Source: Nemertoderma westbladi
Taxonomy: Eukaryota; Animalia; Xenacoelomorpha
Reading direction: 5' to 3'
Assembly (NCBI GenBank): GCA_032718475.1
Contig: JAUCBJ010006687.1
Coordinates: forward strand, 10,635-74,634
Length of the DNA: 64,000 nucleotides
In this document: in pieces, positions 1 through 13,804 of the stretch
Layout of the letters: the number at the start of each line of letters is the position of its first letter
Position numbering within the stretch: the first letter of the stretch is position 1
Notes under the pieces: model-generated
What the model saw: the letters and a program-made list of their open reading frames with translations, nothing else
Databases searched by the model: none
What the model was told of the DNA's origin: nothing
Position numbers and translations under genes: made by a program

Positions 1-399
1 CTCGCTTGTAAATTAAGCTTCCGCAATTGGGAGACAACCTAGCCCCCTGCCCCCTCCCTTCTGTCTGTATAATAAATAAACACCCCCCCCCCCCCCCCCC
101 TCCAGAGCTCCCCAGGGCTTTCTATCCACAATACCTGGAACTTTTATTTATAACGAAACTGTCTTTAGACGGGGTAATTTGGTCTACAGTACAGCTGAGA
201 CCGGCAAAAACACGATGGATGTACTGTATATTTATTTATCTATTTATAATATGTATAACCACTTGTCATCAGGTTGTAGAAAAAAAAAGTTGGGAACGAT
301 TCAATGTGAGACATCATTAATAGTTGCATAATATCAACATAAGGGAACCAAAATTAAATACCCACAACTACCCTTTGATCTACCTAAGAAATCATATAC

Positions 400-830
400 T
401 GTAAAGAACAACATTTCACTAACTGTCAATTGGAGTTACGTAGTATCAAACATTTTTAAGGCTGAGTGCACAGATCGTAGATGTTATCATTCGAGGAAAA
501 TAGAAGGGGCCATGAATCAAATTTTAAATTGCAGTACTTCTTCCGTAATTTATTGCACACAATGCAACAAGGAACAAGACGTGTGGTTCATACGGTAGGC
601 CTACTGAGGTGCCATCGCAAGGACACACTCTATTTTCATGTGGCACTCTGGACCACCTCTCTTTTTCCACCAGCAAATTGTGTGACATGAGTCTCAGCCG
701 CGTTACTGTCACTCTTGCAGTACATAATCCGGGATGTGTGATGTTTTATGGAATTTTGTGGAAGAGTTTGGTGTTGTTGTTGTACACAAAGGTGCGTTTT
801 AGAAATCCTGCATTCATTTTAAGTACCCGC
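400..830 (-). mobile_element. Degraded 3' end of a non-LTR retrotransposon ORF2
   Basis: ORF 524-712(-) reads TRLRLMSHNLLVEKERWSRVPHENRVCPCDG, resembling the RLRxSxHxLxIExGRW...RxC C-terminal motif of LINE ORF2 proteins; boundaries approximate. Confidence 0.5.
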
Positions 831-1899
831 GTTTTCAAAGATGGTAGACCGGCTTCTACCAAGCAAAGGTATATCGGTGTCTGCCCACTACTGCCCACGG
901 ACACCCAACAACGACCTTGTTCACGGCCATTTTAAGACTTCGATAATTTTCACAACCAGTTTTTATTATCACAGAAATCTTGCTTATTTTTTCCAACTTA
1001 TTAACATCAGATATAATCCAAACTAGCGCGCCGTGTGACCCAAGGGGAGTCTAAATATATCGGCCGACAAAAATGGGCTGTTTGTTTATGTATCACTCGA
1101 TTGATTCTCGCAATATAATTCCTAACAACTATGCCAACGTACAGGGATAGTATTAACAGTTCCGTTTCAGATGTTGTGTTGTAGATAACAAACAGGTCTA
1201 CAGTATGTCTTATGGTAATTACAATAGATTGCTAACAATAATAATAGTCTGCACACCCCTTAGGTGCGTGGTATATTAAATCCGGCTGAAATACACTCTG
1301 GTGCCTGAATCAGTGAATTGCTGACTTGTGACAATTTTGTTCATGAATAATGAGTTAGTAGGCTCACACACGTTGGGGCTATGAAATAACATACTGTATA
1401 CAGTATACTCATACACTCCAATTGGTATGAACCAGAATCGCTAATTTACCCAAAACCAATGCTTACCTCTTTTGATATAAATAACAATCAGTTAAGGTGC
1501 AATAGTTATTGATCTCGCGATATCTCCATTTATCATAACAAATATTTACATAAGTCTAACCAGTAAATATTATATACAAACAGCAGTAAATCAGTCCAAT
1601 TCAGTTGTATACAGCCATTTGTTTCAGCCATTTGATAATTTACTAGGATTCTACGCATTTCTGCCTACAGTAGATGTTACTTAGGCAAAACACGTCTTGC
1701 TGCTCTGAGTAGAACTCAAGAATGAGCTTCCGGCCTAGCTGATATCAACGAATATACGAAATCCTGACGTCATAGCGAGTCGTTTACCAACTTCCAATAA
1801 AAAGCTAACAGGTGTCATTGTTTACGTTCCAACAAAGACCAGCTGGGTTAAGAAAATGAAAAGTAGCTTCTATTGGCTGTTTAGATTTGGCAATTTTAC

Positions 1900-2960
1900 C
1901 AAGTTTTACTAAGTTTTAAGTTTTTCTAAGTTTGGAGTAGACTTGCTTTCTTATTGCTACTAAAATGTTGATATAAGGTTGTCTGCTAACCAAATTTCCG
2001 CCCCATATAGCCTAGCAGTAACTACTCCCGCCTCAAAGATACTTCTCTTTAAATGAAAAGGGATATCAGTATACGGTACAAAGAATAGATCACTTATTTG
2101 GTACCTCTTCTAGGCGATTACTGTTAAATGCAAAACACCTTTAATTTTCCCGTCCTCGGTGAAAACAATACCTAAATACACACAACTTGTACAATGGGGT
2201 ATCACAAGGTTATTTACAATCAATTGTTCTTTGTCTGGCTTATTATCATTTACCACGAAATTTTTACATTAATTTACCATTCCACGTATTGCACAAAATT
2301 TAGCGAGTGCGCAAAATTTTTCAATACACGTTTTCCTATTGGCTGATAAAATTACTACATCATCCATCAGTAATAATTTTGTAGTGCCCCCAGAAAACCG
2401 TTGTATCAGGCAGCTAATACTACCTCGAAAATATACTACGGTAGTACAGTACCTGGTGCCTCGGCACTCAGTACTACCGTAGTACAACATGCACTACCGT
2501 TATATTAACCGCCTAGGCAACTGGTAGGCCTACTAACTAGCGGCAACAGTCTAGCTGTAATTCGTAATTATTTCGCGTTGTCCCGTCAAAAATTTCACTG
2601 TAACCTGCATTATTGACTCTCGTTTATTGTTTTGGTTATAGAATAACGTGCCACTGTAACCTGCCCCTTCCCTCAATTAATTATTTAGCATTGTAAATTC
2701 TACCTATTCAGACCTTCATCCCAATTAAACCTTCGTATTCTACGGTAGTATCTGGTACCTAGGCACTTTGTACTGTACCACGGTATTACCTGATGCCGGG
2801 TAGTACCTGATGCCTCCTACACCGTCACTAGCAACAGCACCACGTATTAGTGTGACTAACTTGTTCATATAAACACAAAATAATAAACATGATGCGGCTG
2901 AGCATTGCCTGACCCCTCCTATAGAGGTACTAGTGATTGTTAACGTTAAAATACTGGCGT
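1900..2960 (-). mobile_element. Degraded LINE reverse-transcriptase fragments, probably the same old element as 400-830, interrupted at ~2390-2830
   Basis: Minus-strand remnants GVRQCSAASCLLFCVYMNKLV (~2850-2915; GVxQG motif) and LLMDDVVILS (~2340-2375; YADD-equivalent), followed by YLGIVF; many stops. Confidence 0.45.
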
Positions 2961-3080
2961 TACATTTGTTGCTCCATGAAAAGCCAATAACATAACGCGC
3001 GCGCCCACAACCTATAATTTCTTCAATTGCTTAGACAAATTATTCCTAGGTAAATTATCGTGGGCTTTCGAGAAGTTATA

Positions 3081-3356
3081 GTTTCTATAACAAAAAACCT
3101 CCAATCAGATTTGTTTACCGACTTTTGCAAACTCGTTCGAACGACTTTGCATACCGCAGGAAAACGTTTTTTGTAATCGTTTTTTGTTGCCCCGACTTTT
3201 GCATCGGGGAAACAAACTTGATTGGATGTTTGTTGTTATAGAAACCACTACAGCCAATAAGATTTGTTTCCCGAGTTTTCTAACGTCGTTCGAACAAGTT
3301 TGTAAAAGTCGGAGAAACAAACTTGATTGGATGTTTGTTGGTGGTATAGATACCAC
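3081..3356. repeat. Short foldback/tandem repeat
   Basis: AAACAAACTTGATTGGATGTTTGTTG..TATAGA occurs at ~3210 and ~3315, with an inverted copy at ~3081-3115. Confidence 0.55.
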
Positions 3357-6130
3357 TCAAGTCAAACATTTAATAATTCCGCCTAGCAGGCCTACAGTAG
3401 CTATTCATACATAAACAAAATGTTCCAGAATGTGGAGTATTTATTGAATCAAATAAATGAATAAGTGGTCTGCAGCGGATGCAAAAACATTTAATATTGC
3501 AAAAATGGGGGGTGAGGGTTATATTTTCTGGGGTACGGTGTCCGGGTGTCGTAATCTAGCTAGAGTTGTAATGTGCAATATTATATACGACAATTTGGAA
3601 ATAAACGTAACATAAAGTATGTAAACTGTTCTAATTGTATCAAGTTTCCAATATCCATTAGCGCCCAGCTGCTCTTCTGTAGTAGACTATAGGCCTATAA
3701 AGTAACTTTAAGTGACGCAACAAGAGTCCAACCTGCGAATCAAATGCCATTGCTCCGTGACAACATCAAACTCATGAATACCTTCATAATTACCTAAAAA
3801 ATACAAAGTTATTTGAATTCATTTCACTTTTAATTAATTACACATATTTTACTTTGGTTTATCACGAATCTGCTTTTATTTTCAAGGTTCCATCTTGTCG
3901 AAGGTAGTGGTATATACTGGAAGTACAATAAATCGAATATAAATTTGTTTTGTGTCGAATATAGGCATATATAGGCATGCATCTCACTTCTGCACTGCAT
4001 GATTCAAACTGCACGATTTATTTTATAGTATTTTAATAGGTGACAAACTGGCACCATCAGTGTTGAAATCGGAGTATAACATTAACATTGCAACCCGTGC
4101 GAAATAAGAACGAGAAAATAGACTTTGTAAAAAAGCGGATTGTTTTATTTATTTCATTATGTTCAATTTATTTCTTCCCCCAAACCCCTATTTAATCTAA
4201 ATTCTGAAGGACAATTATTATTCAACATACTGCCCCAAGAAATCAATACATTGCGGAAAACTTAATTTTCCTTAGATCAAGTGGTAGTTGTGCTCTAAAC
4301 CACCCCCGACTTGATTCCCCTGCGGGATTGGTCGTTGTGGAAACTAATTGACGTGACAGAACGCACTCTCAGAGAGAGGCTGAAGCAAATCACCAATGAC
4401 GGCAGTTGCGCAGATGCAGTTGCAATAAAATTGGTTGAGCAACATGGCTAATAAATGGTCCACCAATAGTGTTAACGGCAGCTGTTGTCAGGAAGCTGGT
4501 ATATCTCAGCAAATCCAACAATTTGGATCCGGTAGCTTCCCTCTATTTGCTTTGTGAAGAAAACAAATTGACTGAAAAAGCTGGCTAGTTTTATAGCTAT
4601 CTTATCTGTATAATATATCTAATCTCAGTACATGAATGTACATGTAGCCTACATGTCGTTTTCCCACAAGATAATTAATTGCATGCTCTCGTATAATAAT
4701 TAAAAATATAATACGAATAATATAGTATAATATTGAATGTACTGTATAAGTAAGATACTATAAATATTAATTTATATATTATATATTACTAAAAATATGG
4801 CTGTCCTACAAATAATTAATTACGAAGTCAATTCAGCTGTATAGTAAGTTGTGAGATAAAGTGATACATAACTTCATACGACCATGTGATTGGCTGAATG
4901 AAAATAAAGTTGGGCCACTAAATAATTCATTATTATCTATTTATATAATTATATATGGCGGATTATATCTGACGAAAAGGTTACCCGTAGCATTGAAAAT
5001 CGATAAATTCGTTTAATAACAAACATAGTTTCTTGTAAAATAATGTTCAGTATAGAATTAATCTACGTAATTCCTAGTGAAATCTACAACCGATTGTTTA
5101 CATTACAATCAACACTACGGCCGGATAAACAGCGTGGAAGTGAGGAAATACTCGCTATGAGTAAATAGTTTGTAATCGTAAGGCTATGAGTTAGAAAGCA
5201 AAACTGGACGCAATAAAAATTCATCCCTCTCCAGGGGAAATTCGACGCAAATAACAGCTGATTATTCTCAAAAATAAAACTGTAACCTGTTGTTTATTGT
5301 TTTGGATAAAATGACGTGCCACTGTAATCTGCTCCTTTCCCTAAATTGAGAATTTAACATTGAGGCGGGATATTAATTCGCCAAGGCGTGATTTGCGTCC
5401 AGCCCCCCCGTCTCTATCACGAGACTTGCACACACTACAATATATCGACGTATTTTTAACTCCTATTTAATTTATGAAAAGTCTTGAGTTGTCATGGTTT
5501 CCAGTGACGGTGTGAGAGTGATCCCGTTCGTATTTTACTCACGCCTTTCAGTTGCGTGGCAGGGGAAGAAATGCAAAATGGTCTATCGATCAGTGACGAT
5601 TTCCTACCCTACACTATACACAATGCAGTCACTCAGCTTGATACCAAAACCACTGTGAGTATTGCTATTGAGTGACTCATGAATCCCATATTGATTCTTT
5701 ATTGTGATGCATTCTTGCTGGAATATTAAATAACTAGCACCTATTATTGTACTTTATTTAAACAGGTTCCTTATATTGTAAAACTAAAAACAAATAGTAT
5801 TGTTGTTCTGTTTTAAGTTCTATACAGTTAAGTTTAATTTAATTTGTTAGATGTTCCTATGCTCTAATTGTTTTGCTAGTATAATATATTTCCATATAAT
5901 AAATTTACTGTGGTCGTATGGCGTGTAGAGAGTGCCGTACAAACAAACAACGACGCAATTATTGGTTATTGAGTAAGTTAATGAAATTAGTGGTTAACGA
6001 AATTGTGTTGAAAACTCTTTCCGCTGCATAAACGATAAAACTTTAATGGCCAACTTCAAAATACGTGGAAAATTCCTTATGCCTTGTAATAGTTGGTAGT
6101 AGGCCTTAGGCGGATGCTACTTCTGGTAAG

Positions 6131-7603
6131 ATGTCTAAGGATGACATTGAGAAGGTGTCATCAGTGAAAGACGAGAATCATAAAAAGGCCACGATATTGC
6201 AGGATGAGGTTTACTCCATAGAACAAGCTGTAGATCAAATTGGATTTGGTCAATTCCAAGTAAAAGTCTCCCTCATCGCAGGATTGGCCTGGACAGCTGA
6301 TGCCATGGAGATGATGATTCTGAGTATTTTGGCCCCGGAGTTGTTGTGCAGATGGCAGTTGACAACTATCGAAGAAGCTTGGATCACTACTGTTGTGTTC
6401 ATTGGGATGATGTCATCTTCATCATTATGGGGTTATGTTTGTGATAATTATGGTCGCCGGGTTGGTCTTTTCATAAGTTCAGTGGTGACATTTTACTTTG
6501 GAATGGTGAGCGCTTACGCTCCATACTACGCGTGGATATTGCTGCTACGTGGTCTCGTAGGTGTCGGAATAGGTGGGGCCCCTCAAGCAGTAACACTTTA
6601 CGCGGAATTCCTACCGAAAAAGGCGCGAGCACGTTGTATCGTTGCTATCGAAGTCTTCTGGGCGATTGGAGCATGCATAGCAACATTAATCGCTCTACTT
6701 GTCATGCCCACTCTTGGATGGCGGTATTTATTGGCAATATGCGCCCTACCTATTGGCATATTCTGTTTTATAATTTTCTGGCTTCCAGAAAGCCCCAGAT
6801 TTGATATCCTTTCTGGAAGAAGGGAGCGAGCAATAGCTACACTGGAGCGCATAGCTAAAGATAACAACAAGTCCATGCCAATGGGTACATTAGTGTACAC
6901 CCCGCCTGAGACGAAACGAGGGAGAATATCAGATTTGTTTTCGGAGGAGTACATGCGAACGTCAGTGTTACTTATATATATTTGGATGTCGTGTACATTT
7001 TGCTATTATGGGATCGTTCTTGTAACTTCCGAACTCTTCCAATTAGCTGGGGAGAAGTGCTTGACAGAGAGTAGTTTTGGAAACCAAGATGCGCTGTCAT
7101 GTTATGCGGACTGCCATTTATTAGATAGTCGAGATTATGTGGACATATTGTGGACTTCAGTGGCTGAGTTTCCAGGTTTACTGCTGACCTTGTTGATAAT
7201 CGAACCAATTGGTCGTCGCTTTACAATAGCATCCTTGATTACCCTATTCGGAATATTTGTACTGTTTCTATTGATATGTTCTACTCGGACAGTTACCGTG
7301 CTGCTCTTGTTTTGCGCTCGTGCTGTCATTTCTGGGAGTTTTCAAGCTGTGTTTGTTTACACCCCCGAGGTCTACCCAACAAGCGTGCGCGCTCTATCGC
7401 TAGGAATGTGTTCTGCTGCCGGCCGTTTGGGGGCGATCATCACTCCTTTTGTCGCCCAAGTTGCTTTGCAAAAGAGTATCTATTTAACCGTCGGAATATA
7501 TGCTGGAGTGGCGTTCACGGCTGCTATAGCTGCTTGTTGTCTTCCCTTTGAAACAAAGGGAAGAGATTTGGTTGACGTCAGAGCTATAAAGTACACTGGC
7601 TGA
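6131..7603 (+). CDS. SVOP: Synaptic vesicle 2-related protein (SVOP)-like MFS transporter, paralogue 1, single coding exon
   Basis: 490-aa ORF with about 12 hydrophobic helices and the motifs AVDQIGFGQFQ, WTADAMEMMILSIL, DNYGRR, LPESPRF, EFPG, YTPEVYPT, LPFETKGR typical of SVOP. Confidence 0.9.
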   Translation: MSKDDIEKVSSVKDENHKKATILQDEVYSIEQAVDQIGFGQFQVKVSLIAGLAWTADAMEMMILSILAPELLCRWQLTTIEEAWITTVVFIGMMSSSSLWGYVCDNYGRRVGLFISSVVTFYFGMVSAYAPYYAWILLLRGLVGVGIGGAPQAVTLYAEFLPKKARARCIVAIEVFWAIGACIATLIALLVMPTLGWRYLLAICALPIGIFCFIIFWLPESPRFDILSGRRERAIATLERIAKDNNKSMPMGTLVYTPPETKRGRISDLFSEEYMRTSVLLIYIWMSCTFCYYGIVLVTSELFQLAGEKCLTESSFGNQDALSCYADCHLLDSRDYVDILWTSVAEFPGLLLTLLIIEPIGRRFTIASLITLFGIFVLFLLICSTRTVTVLLLFCARAVISGSFQAVFVYTPEVYPTSVRALSLGMCSAAGRLGAIITPFVAQVALQKSIYLTVGIYAGVAFTAAIAACCLPFETKGRDLVDVRAIKYTG

Positions 7604-10600
7604 TAAATGGGAAAGATCATGTCAATATAGGTACTTATGTGCACCAATATATATATATATATATCCTGTATGTATGTACTTAACCGTGTACCAATATATA
7701 ATAGATGTACTTAACAGTGTACTTATGCTATCATTGGAACTAATTATTTACGCCTCACCATTCATTATACACCATCTCCTGGAATATAATGTCGTAATTC
7801 AATAACATGCCCAACTCCTCCCACTCCCAATACTGCAGTTCATTCAACCTTATAGCAGTATACTGTAGTGATTTGTTTCTAGCAATGGAAAGATGGTCGG
7901 TCATGCAAGATTTCAAATATGAATAAATGTGAATTTGGTTGGGAATTCGAATATTGCATGTATTAATTTCCGCTAGAGGCCATTTATTATATATAATAAT
8001 TAAACCATGTTCGAGAATATTTAATGTCGTACTGAACTAGTATTGTTATTTAGGCATTGCATTGTTGCCCAGCTACTTATGAGATAAACAAAATCTTGCA
8101 GAATATTGTGCATTTTTATTAAAATAAAATCTGCAGGGGAAAGAAATACATGCATCTTTCGAACGCCCATATCTCAGCTATTTATCAACCAAATTCAAAT
8201 ATTGTTACATTTGGAATTCTTCACCTTCAACGCCCAGATTTCCAATGAGTCCGCCGATACCATTAAGTCTCTAAAAGGTTGAAGAATAACTTCGGTGTAA
8301 CTATGGTTCAATATCAACCGAGACACATTTTTCAAACGCTTGTAGATGAAGAATGAAAGTTAAAATAAAAATTCTGACTCCCCACGGAGGAGAAGTTAGG
8401 TGAAAAGAAAAAAAAGATAAGAATCATCTTTGTTTTAAATTTCGTGCAATCTCATTAAGATTTGTATAAAAAAATTGGGGGGGGGGGGGGGGGGGGGGGG
8501 GTCTTGTCACTAAATTACAACACTTTTATTCCAGGACATACATGGTGTAATTAGGTATAAATTAATTGTTGCTTCTTGTGAGATACAAACAGCATATAAA
8601 TCATTTACATATCTAAACTCCATAGACAATAATAATTATAGTTGTTAATTATATTAACCAATCCATATAAATTATATATGTAAATATAAATAATAATCAA
8701 TGTTCGTTAAATTAACCAGTTTCCCAGCTTCCATTGTCGTAATGGAGAAAATCTTTCAATAATGGATTTGAATTATTATTATTAGATTTGAATCAAATGT
8801 TCCCCGACGGAGATTTGAAAACTGAAGTCATTAAATTAGTAATGTCGGATTAGTAATGTCGGATCGACACATTCAACAGGATCCCGATCCCCCCCACCCC
8901 CCCCCCCCCCACATTTTGTTAAAAATTATTTAAGTAACCAGGCCCCTATTAAAATAATTTTAAATGCTAAATTTATTTAAATTAAATTCAACAATGTTAT
9001 TAAATTAAATTCACCTAGCAATATTAATAAATTAAATTGACCTAACAATATAATATTACACCTACTAGGCCGAGTGAGTGAGCTCGGACAGTAGAAATGA
9101 AGTCCTTCCAGGCTTCCATGGTTGCTCCAAACCATTCCTCGTTTCTCCAAAGTCCAGTATCCCTTTCAAGATGTTCTACGATATAAGTTCGGAACAGGAA
9201 AGTTCCTGTTCGTTGAGTTAAAATAACCGGAAAAATACAAAATATCATGGTAATAAATATAGACATTATTTGGTATCACAACAGCCAATATCCAATAGTC
9301 ACATGCGCGTACAGTTATGTTCACAATTAACGTCCATTCTTCAATCTGTTCAATCTTTTAAATTCCCCCAATCTGGAAAACTCTTTCATGGCACCGCAAG
9401 TTTCTAGTCTATTGAGTGATTGACAGACGGTCGTGGTTGGCTCCCCAAAGTACAGCTGTTGAGGTTGGGATCAGATAAATTTTGGGGCACTTGCAACGCA
9501 AATAAAGTAAATGTAAATAGTAAATAGTAAGCATTATTTATAACCATTACATACAACTGAAATGTTTTACTAACTGATTACATTTAACATGGTATAGTAA
9601 ATAAAGAGATCATACCATAAATATAATTCATTATGAACAATTATTTTTTGTTTGAATATTATTTATAGGTAACAACCAATCTATCAAACATTCTCAGGGG
9701 TCTGTTGTAATATTGAATGCAAGGGATATAGGGCGGTAAACTTTTCTGTGTTGAGTGAAAATGATATTTAATATCTAATGTACCCAATTTAACCGCGCAT
9801 GCCTAACTTTACTTCCTACACCCACATCAATCTATCTATCTATACATACGGCCCTCTGAAAGGACAAGTTTTTCATACAGTACTTATCAATTTCCTCTCC
9901 CACAGTCTATTGTCTAAGCAAGGGGGTCTATTCTGTTACACGTTACTCAGTTTGTACAGTCAACACCGCTGATTTCTGAAATTCAATAGGTTAATAGGTA
10001 CGTAGAGTACGATGTGTAACCCATGGCCATGGCATCATGCACTTGGCGAATGACGACCAAACAAACGTGGCGGGGAGAGGGGGTTTCATAGTCCTTGCGA
10101 TCCAATTTGCACTGTTCGCTACGGCCTGGCCTCTGGAGGTTCATTGGAGCAGGTGCCTCTATACCGTAGTCTATATTAATTTCGATTTAATATTTCTAAG
10201 AAGGTCGTAGGGCCGTAGTAGCTCCTCTCTGTCGTTGCTGGCTATTGGAGGTTGAAAAGCTGGCAGCGCCAGCCAGATGGAACCGGTCTGGGTAATGTAA
10301 TATATGCGCTTATAGCGTGGTGAAATATAGTGGTTAAACTACAGTAACTGAGAAACAAAGGTTAGTGCATAACCATTAAACTAACTGAGAAACGAAGGTT
10401 GACATAAACTGCTTTAGTTTCAGAACATTTATAATATTGCTTCTGCTTTTAAATTGGTTTATGTCTGGTGGACAATATTTATAAAGTATACTGTAGCTTG
10501 AATAAATGTGGCATAAATGTATAAAGGCATTTTATAAAGGCTTAACTTGGTGGCATATTGCAGTAATACAACAAGGCGGGTAAACGTGCTGCCCAATGAC

Positions 10601-11017
10601 AATGTTAAACTTACCGCAGGTGTACTGACACTGCAATTCAGAAAGTACACCACGCACCATCTGGATTGTTACAGTCTCTGTCAATCATTCTAAGGCTCTG
10701 AGGGATATATTTTCTGGTCTATTGTTTTCCGCTATTCTTCATTAAAAATGTATTTTGCTTGCTTGAAAAATAGTAGCCTGGCCTATAGATGACGTGTTTG
10801 AAGCAGCCGCCCTGCTATTTGAGCTTAGTCTATTCTTCATAGTTCTAGTCTTCATAGGTACAGTAGATCCGTGCCCCGGTCACTGTTCTAAATTGCGGTG
10901 TAGGTGGGGTAAATACACGTCGCTTGGGTAAATACCAATACAAGTGACATATAAAATAAGTTTGTTGCGATATTTCCGCCAATAGGCTATTATTCAACTT
11001 CCTAGGGTAGTACTGCT

Positions 11018-12225
11018 TGTTCGCGCTTTCAGACCTTTGGCAGTTTAACCCGCCAAATTAGGATGTCTTTTAGATAATAAATCACTTTTAGCCTATGACA
11101 AGTATTTGATTCACTACACTAGTCGAAACCAATCTGTGCGCGATCATTCACCCGCTGGATATACCCGGGAGATTGGGTTCGACGGCTTAATCTTATTGCT
11201 ATGTAAGCCTAATGTATTATTCGACTGACAGTATTATATAATCTCTGACAATATTATTCACCTTCGGGAAATATTAACAGTTCCTTTAGGACGTGGCGCT
11301 CTATCTATATAAACAGAGTTATGACTTAAACTACTCACAACGATATGGCTTAGTTATAATTCACATATATGGCGCATTCTTTAGGAAATGCTTCGTTATC
11401 AGACTCACTCATACACAATGCTGCACAATACTGCACACTGATCTGCCGATCTTCACTGATTTTAGCCACATATAAAAGGAACACGGACCGACTCATGTAG
11501 GGTCTATCAAATAACATTAGATTCACTTCAAACCACTTTAACATAAGTCACAATCGTTATATGTAACCTTTCTCTCTTACCTTCGGTATATCAAGAATAT
11601 TGGGTTTTCGGGGTTATTTATCGTTATTCCAAATATAATAATTCATCAACCATATTATGAAGAACTGACAGTAAATAGCAGTATAACAATATAAAAGTAT
11701 GCACAGGTTGTTTGATTAGGTATGGTATGTTATGTTTAGTTCATCAGTGATCAGACATCAGTTAAGTATGGATTGATAACGGATATATGTCCTTATAATT
11801 AAGCCTACTAGTGTAAGGCTAAAACAGAAAAGCACAAAAATATTCCAAAGCCGCTCTCTCCTGGCTTAGGACAGAAAGACCAACAACACTGAAAACTGAT
11901 AAGAATAACCTTATTTACAAAAGATTCCACCCACCACAGAGAAAGAGCATACAGATAGGAAAATTCAGTTCAGTAGATCTGTGATAGGTCGAAATCAAAA
12001 TCAACTCAAATCCTATTGGCAGATACAGAAAGCAGGGCTGTGGGGCAACTTTCCCAAGCTGGTTGGACAATCAAACGTAGCCCAGATCCCTTCGCACAGC
12101 AAATCAGCCAATCAGCCGGTAGCTTGCGCTATTCGAGTTATAGATCCCTTTTAGAGTATTCCAGCGCCTTGGGGGGAACTGGTTAGCAAAGCAAACGAAT
12201 CAGTTATCCCACAAAAGCTTTTACA
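11018..12225 (-). repeat. 3' LTR of BEL copy 1
   Basis: Sense ends TGTAAAAGC...GCGCGAACA; near-identical to 25995-27202 (3 substitutions noticed by eye); preceded on the sense strand by PPT-like GGGAGCGG (12226-12233). Confidence 0.97.
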
Positions 12226-12249
12226 CCGCTCCCAGAAAATGGGATTTAA

Positions 12250-13804
12250 GTCTATAAAATATACAAAATCACAGTTTCTAAAATACGAGAATACTCTAAA
12301 CAGTTAGTCTTTCTTGCGCAGACGGCGTTTACGCAGTTTTTTAAAGCTAGCAAGAGTCTTTTTCTCTTTGGGGCGAGCCACTTTACAAGGAGGGCTATCA
12401 CTCCTGGGTGAAGGGTGCAATATGATTGCATCAGAAGGCGTGGGATTATAGTCGGGGTATCCGCCGTTTCAATATGTTTCTCCTCGAGCTGATTTTCCTC
12501 CGCTCATCGTTGGATACGTTCGTCTAAAACTCTCGCCGAGAATAGGGTCGTCCAAGTTCAATATCGTCTTAGAGACTATGGATTTCCCAATCGAACTGGG
12601 ATAAAGCCAATCCGTTTACCGCTTGGACTTGCTGTTATAATTTAGGTTTATCTGAGCAAACGTAGATTTCTTTTCTGATCTTTGTAGAATAGCGTCTATC
12701 TCTTTTCGTACAACGCTCTCCTCCACCTTGATGACAGGTGGTATCGTGTTAAACGGGAATGATTCCGATTATACGATTGAATGGCGATATCGGGTGCCCG
12801 TGCCCCAATCCGGCCAGGTAAGATGGGCGGATATTTAGGGAGCCCACAACCTGAGTGCCACCGACTAACGGTTCGGGTAACACTGGATCTCTGAACGGTA
12901 AGTACAGCTCGGGAGGATCCGTAATACTATTAGGATCGAGAGTTTGAGGTATCACTTGGGAATGAGGAGGTCTGACCGAGTATTCCGGAACTCTGATCAT
13001 GGGTTTATTCAATGATCGCTTAAGGCGCGCGACCGTAGGTGATACGTCGAAAAGGTTTCGCTCGAAACTCCCATAAGTATATCGCGTAAAACTGTGTTTA
13101 GCGCAACGTCTCCGCGGATGTTTATGCCTTTCGATTTGCTGGTTAGGTCTGGGGCATTCGTCACAGTAATACCAAAGACGCACGTCTTGAAGGGGAAACG
13201 CGGGTGATCGCTCTCCAGTTTTACAATATTCCTCCATCTGTTCGAAGCTATCTGGAACGACAGGTAGCGGTCGATCGGCGGTAAGATACATCATCGTAAA
13301 ATAGAGCCGTTTGAGTTCCATCATAGGATCTGGATGTATACCTTGAGGATATCGAGTTTCGAGGTTTTGTTGACTGGCAACATTGAGATAGGTCTCTCTT
13401 AGGAATTCTAGATAATCGTTGAAACCGTTACGTTTATCAGGTTCTTCAACGTCTTCTCTTTCGAGTTTGTTTCGAATAGGATTTTCGCATTAGAATTTTG
13501 GTTTATCGTTTCGACTCCTCTGGGTAGGATATGTTCGACATAGTCCGTATCGTGTAAATCGATAGAATTGTCAATGGTTAAGAAGTCCATATACATACCA
13601 TTACAATGCGTGTATCGAGCGGTGAATTTTCCATAGTCCAATTCACGCGTAAGTTACTTCCAGGAAATCGTAGGTTCGATATAACAACCATCATCCTTCG
13701 TAGTAGTTGGACTAGTATCACTGCGTATCAAGCTATCAACAAACGCTTGAAAGTAGATTATATCGCTCCCTGATACCAAGACCAGCTTCTATCAACTCCG
13801 TCAT
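12250..13804 (-). pseudogene. Decayed additional ORF (ORF3, unknown function) between pol and the 3' LTR of BEL copy 1
   Basis: Sense-strand ORF pieces 13408-13641 and 12749-13324 plus downstream remnants align at protein level with pieces in copy 2 (e.g. FERNLFDVSP..RL.RS..KP.IRVPEYSV; PKRKRLLLA.KNC.NAVC.RK.NC). Confidence 0.6.

Noticed and set aside
2575-5360. Shared ~100-bp block at ~2600-2700 and ~5260-5360
   Set aside because: Looks like fragments of an ordinary dispersed repeat; termini could not be defined
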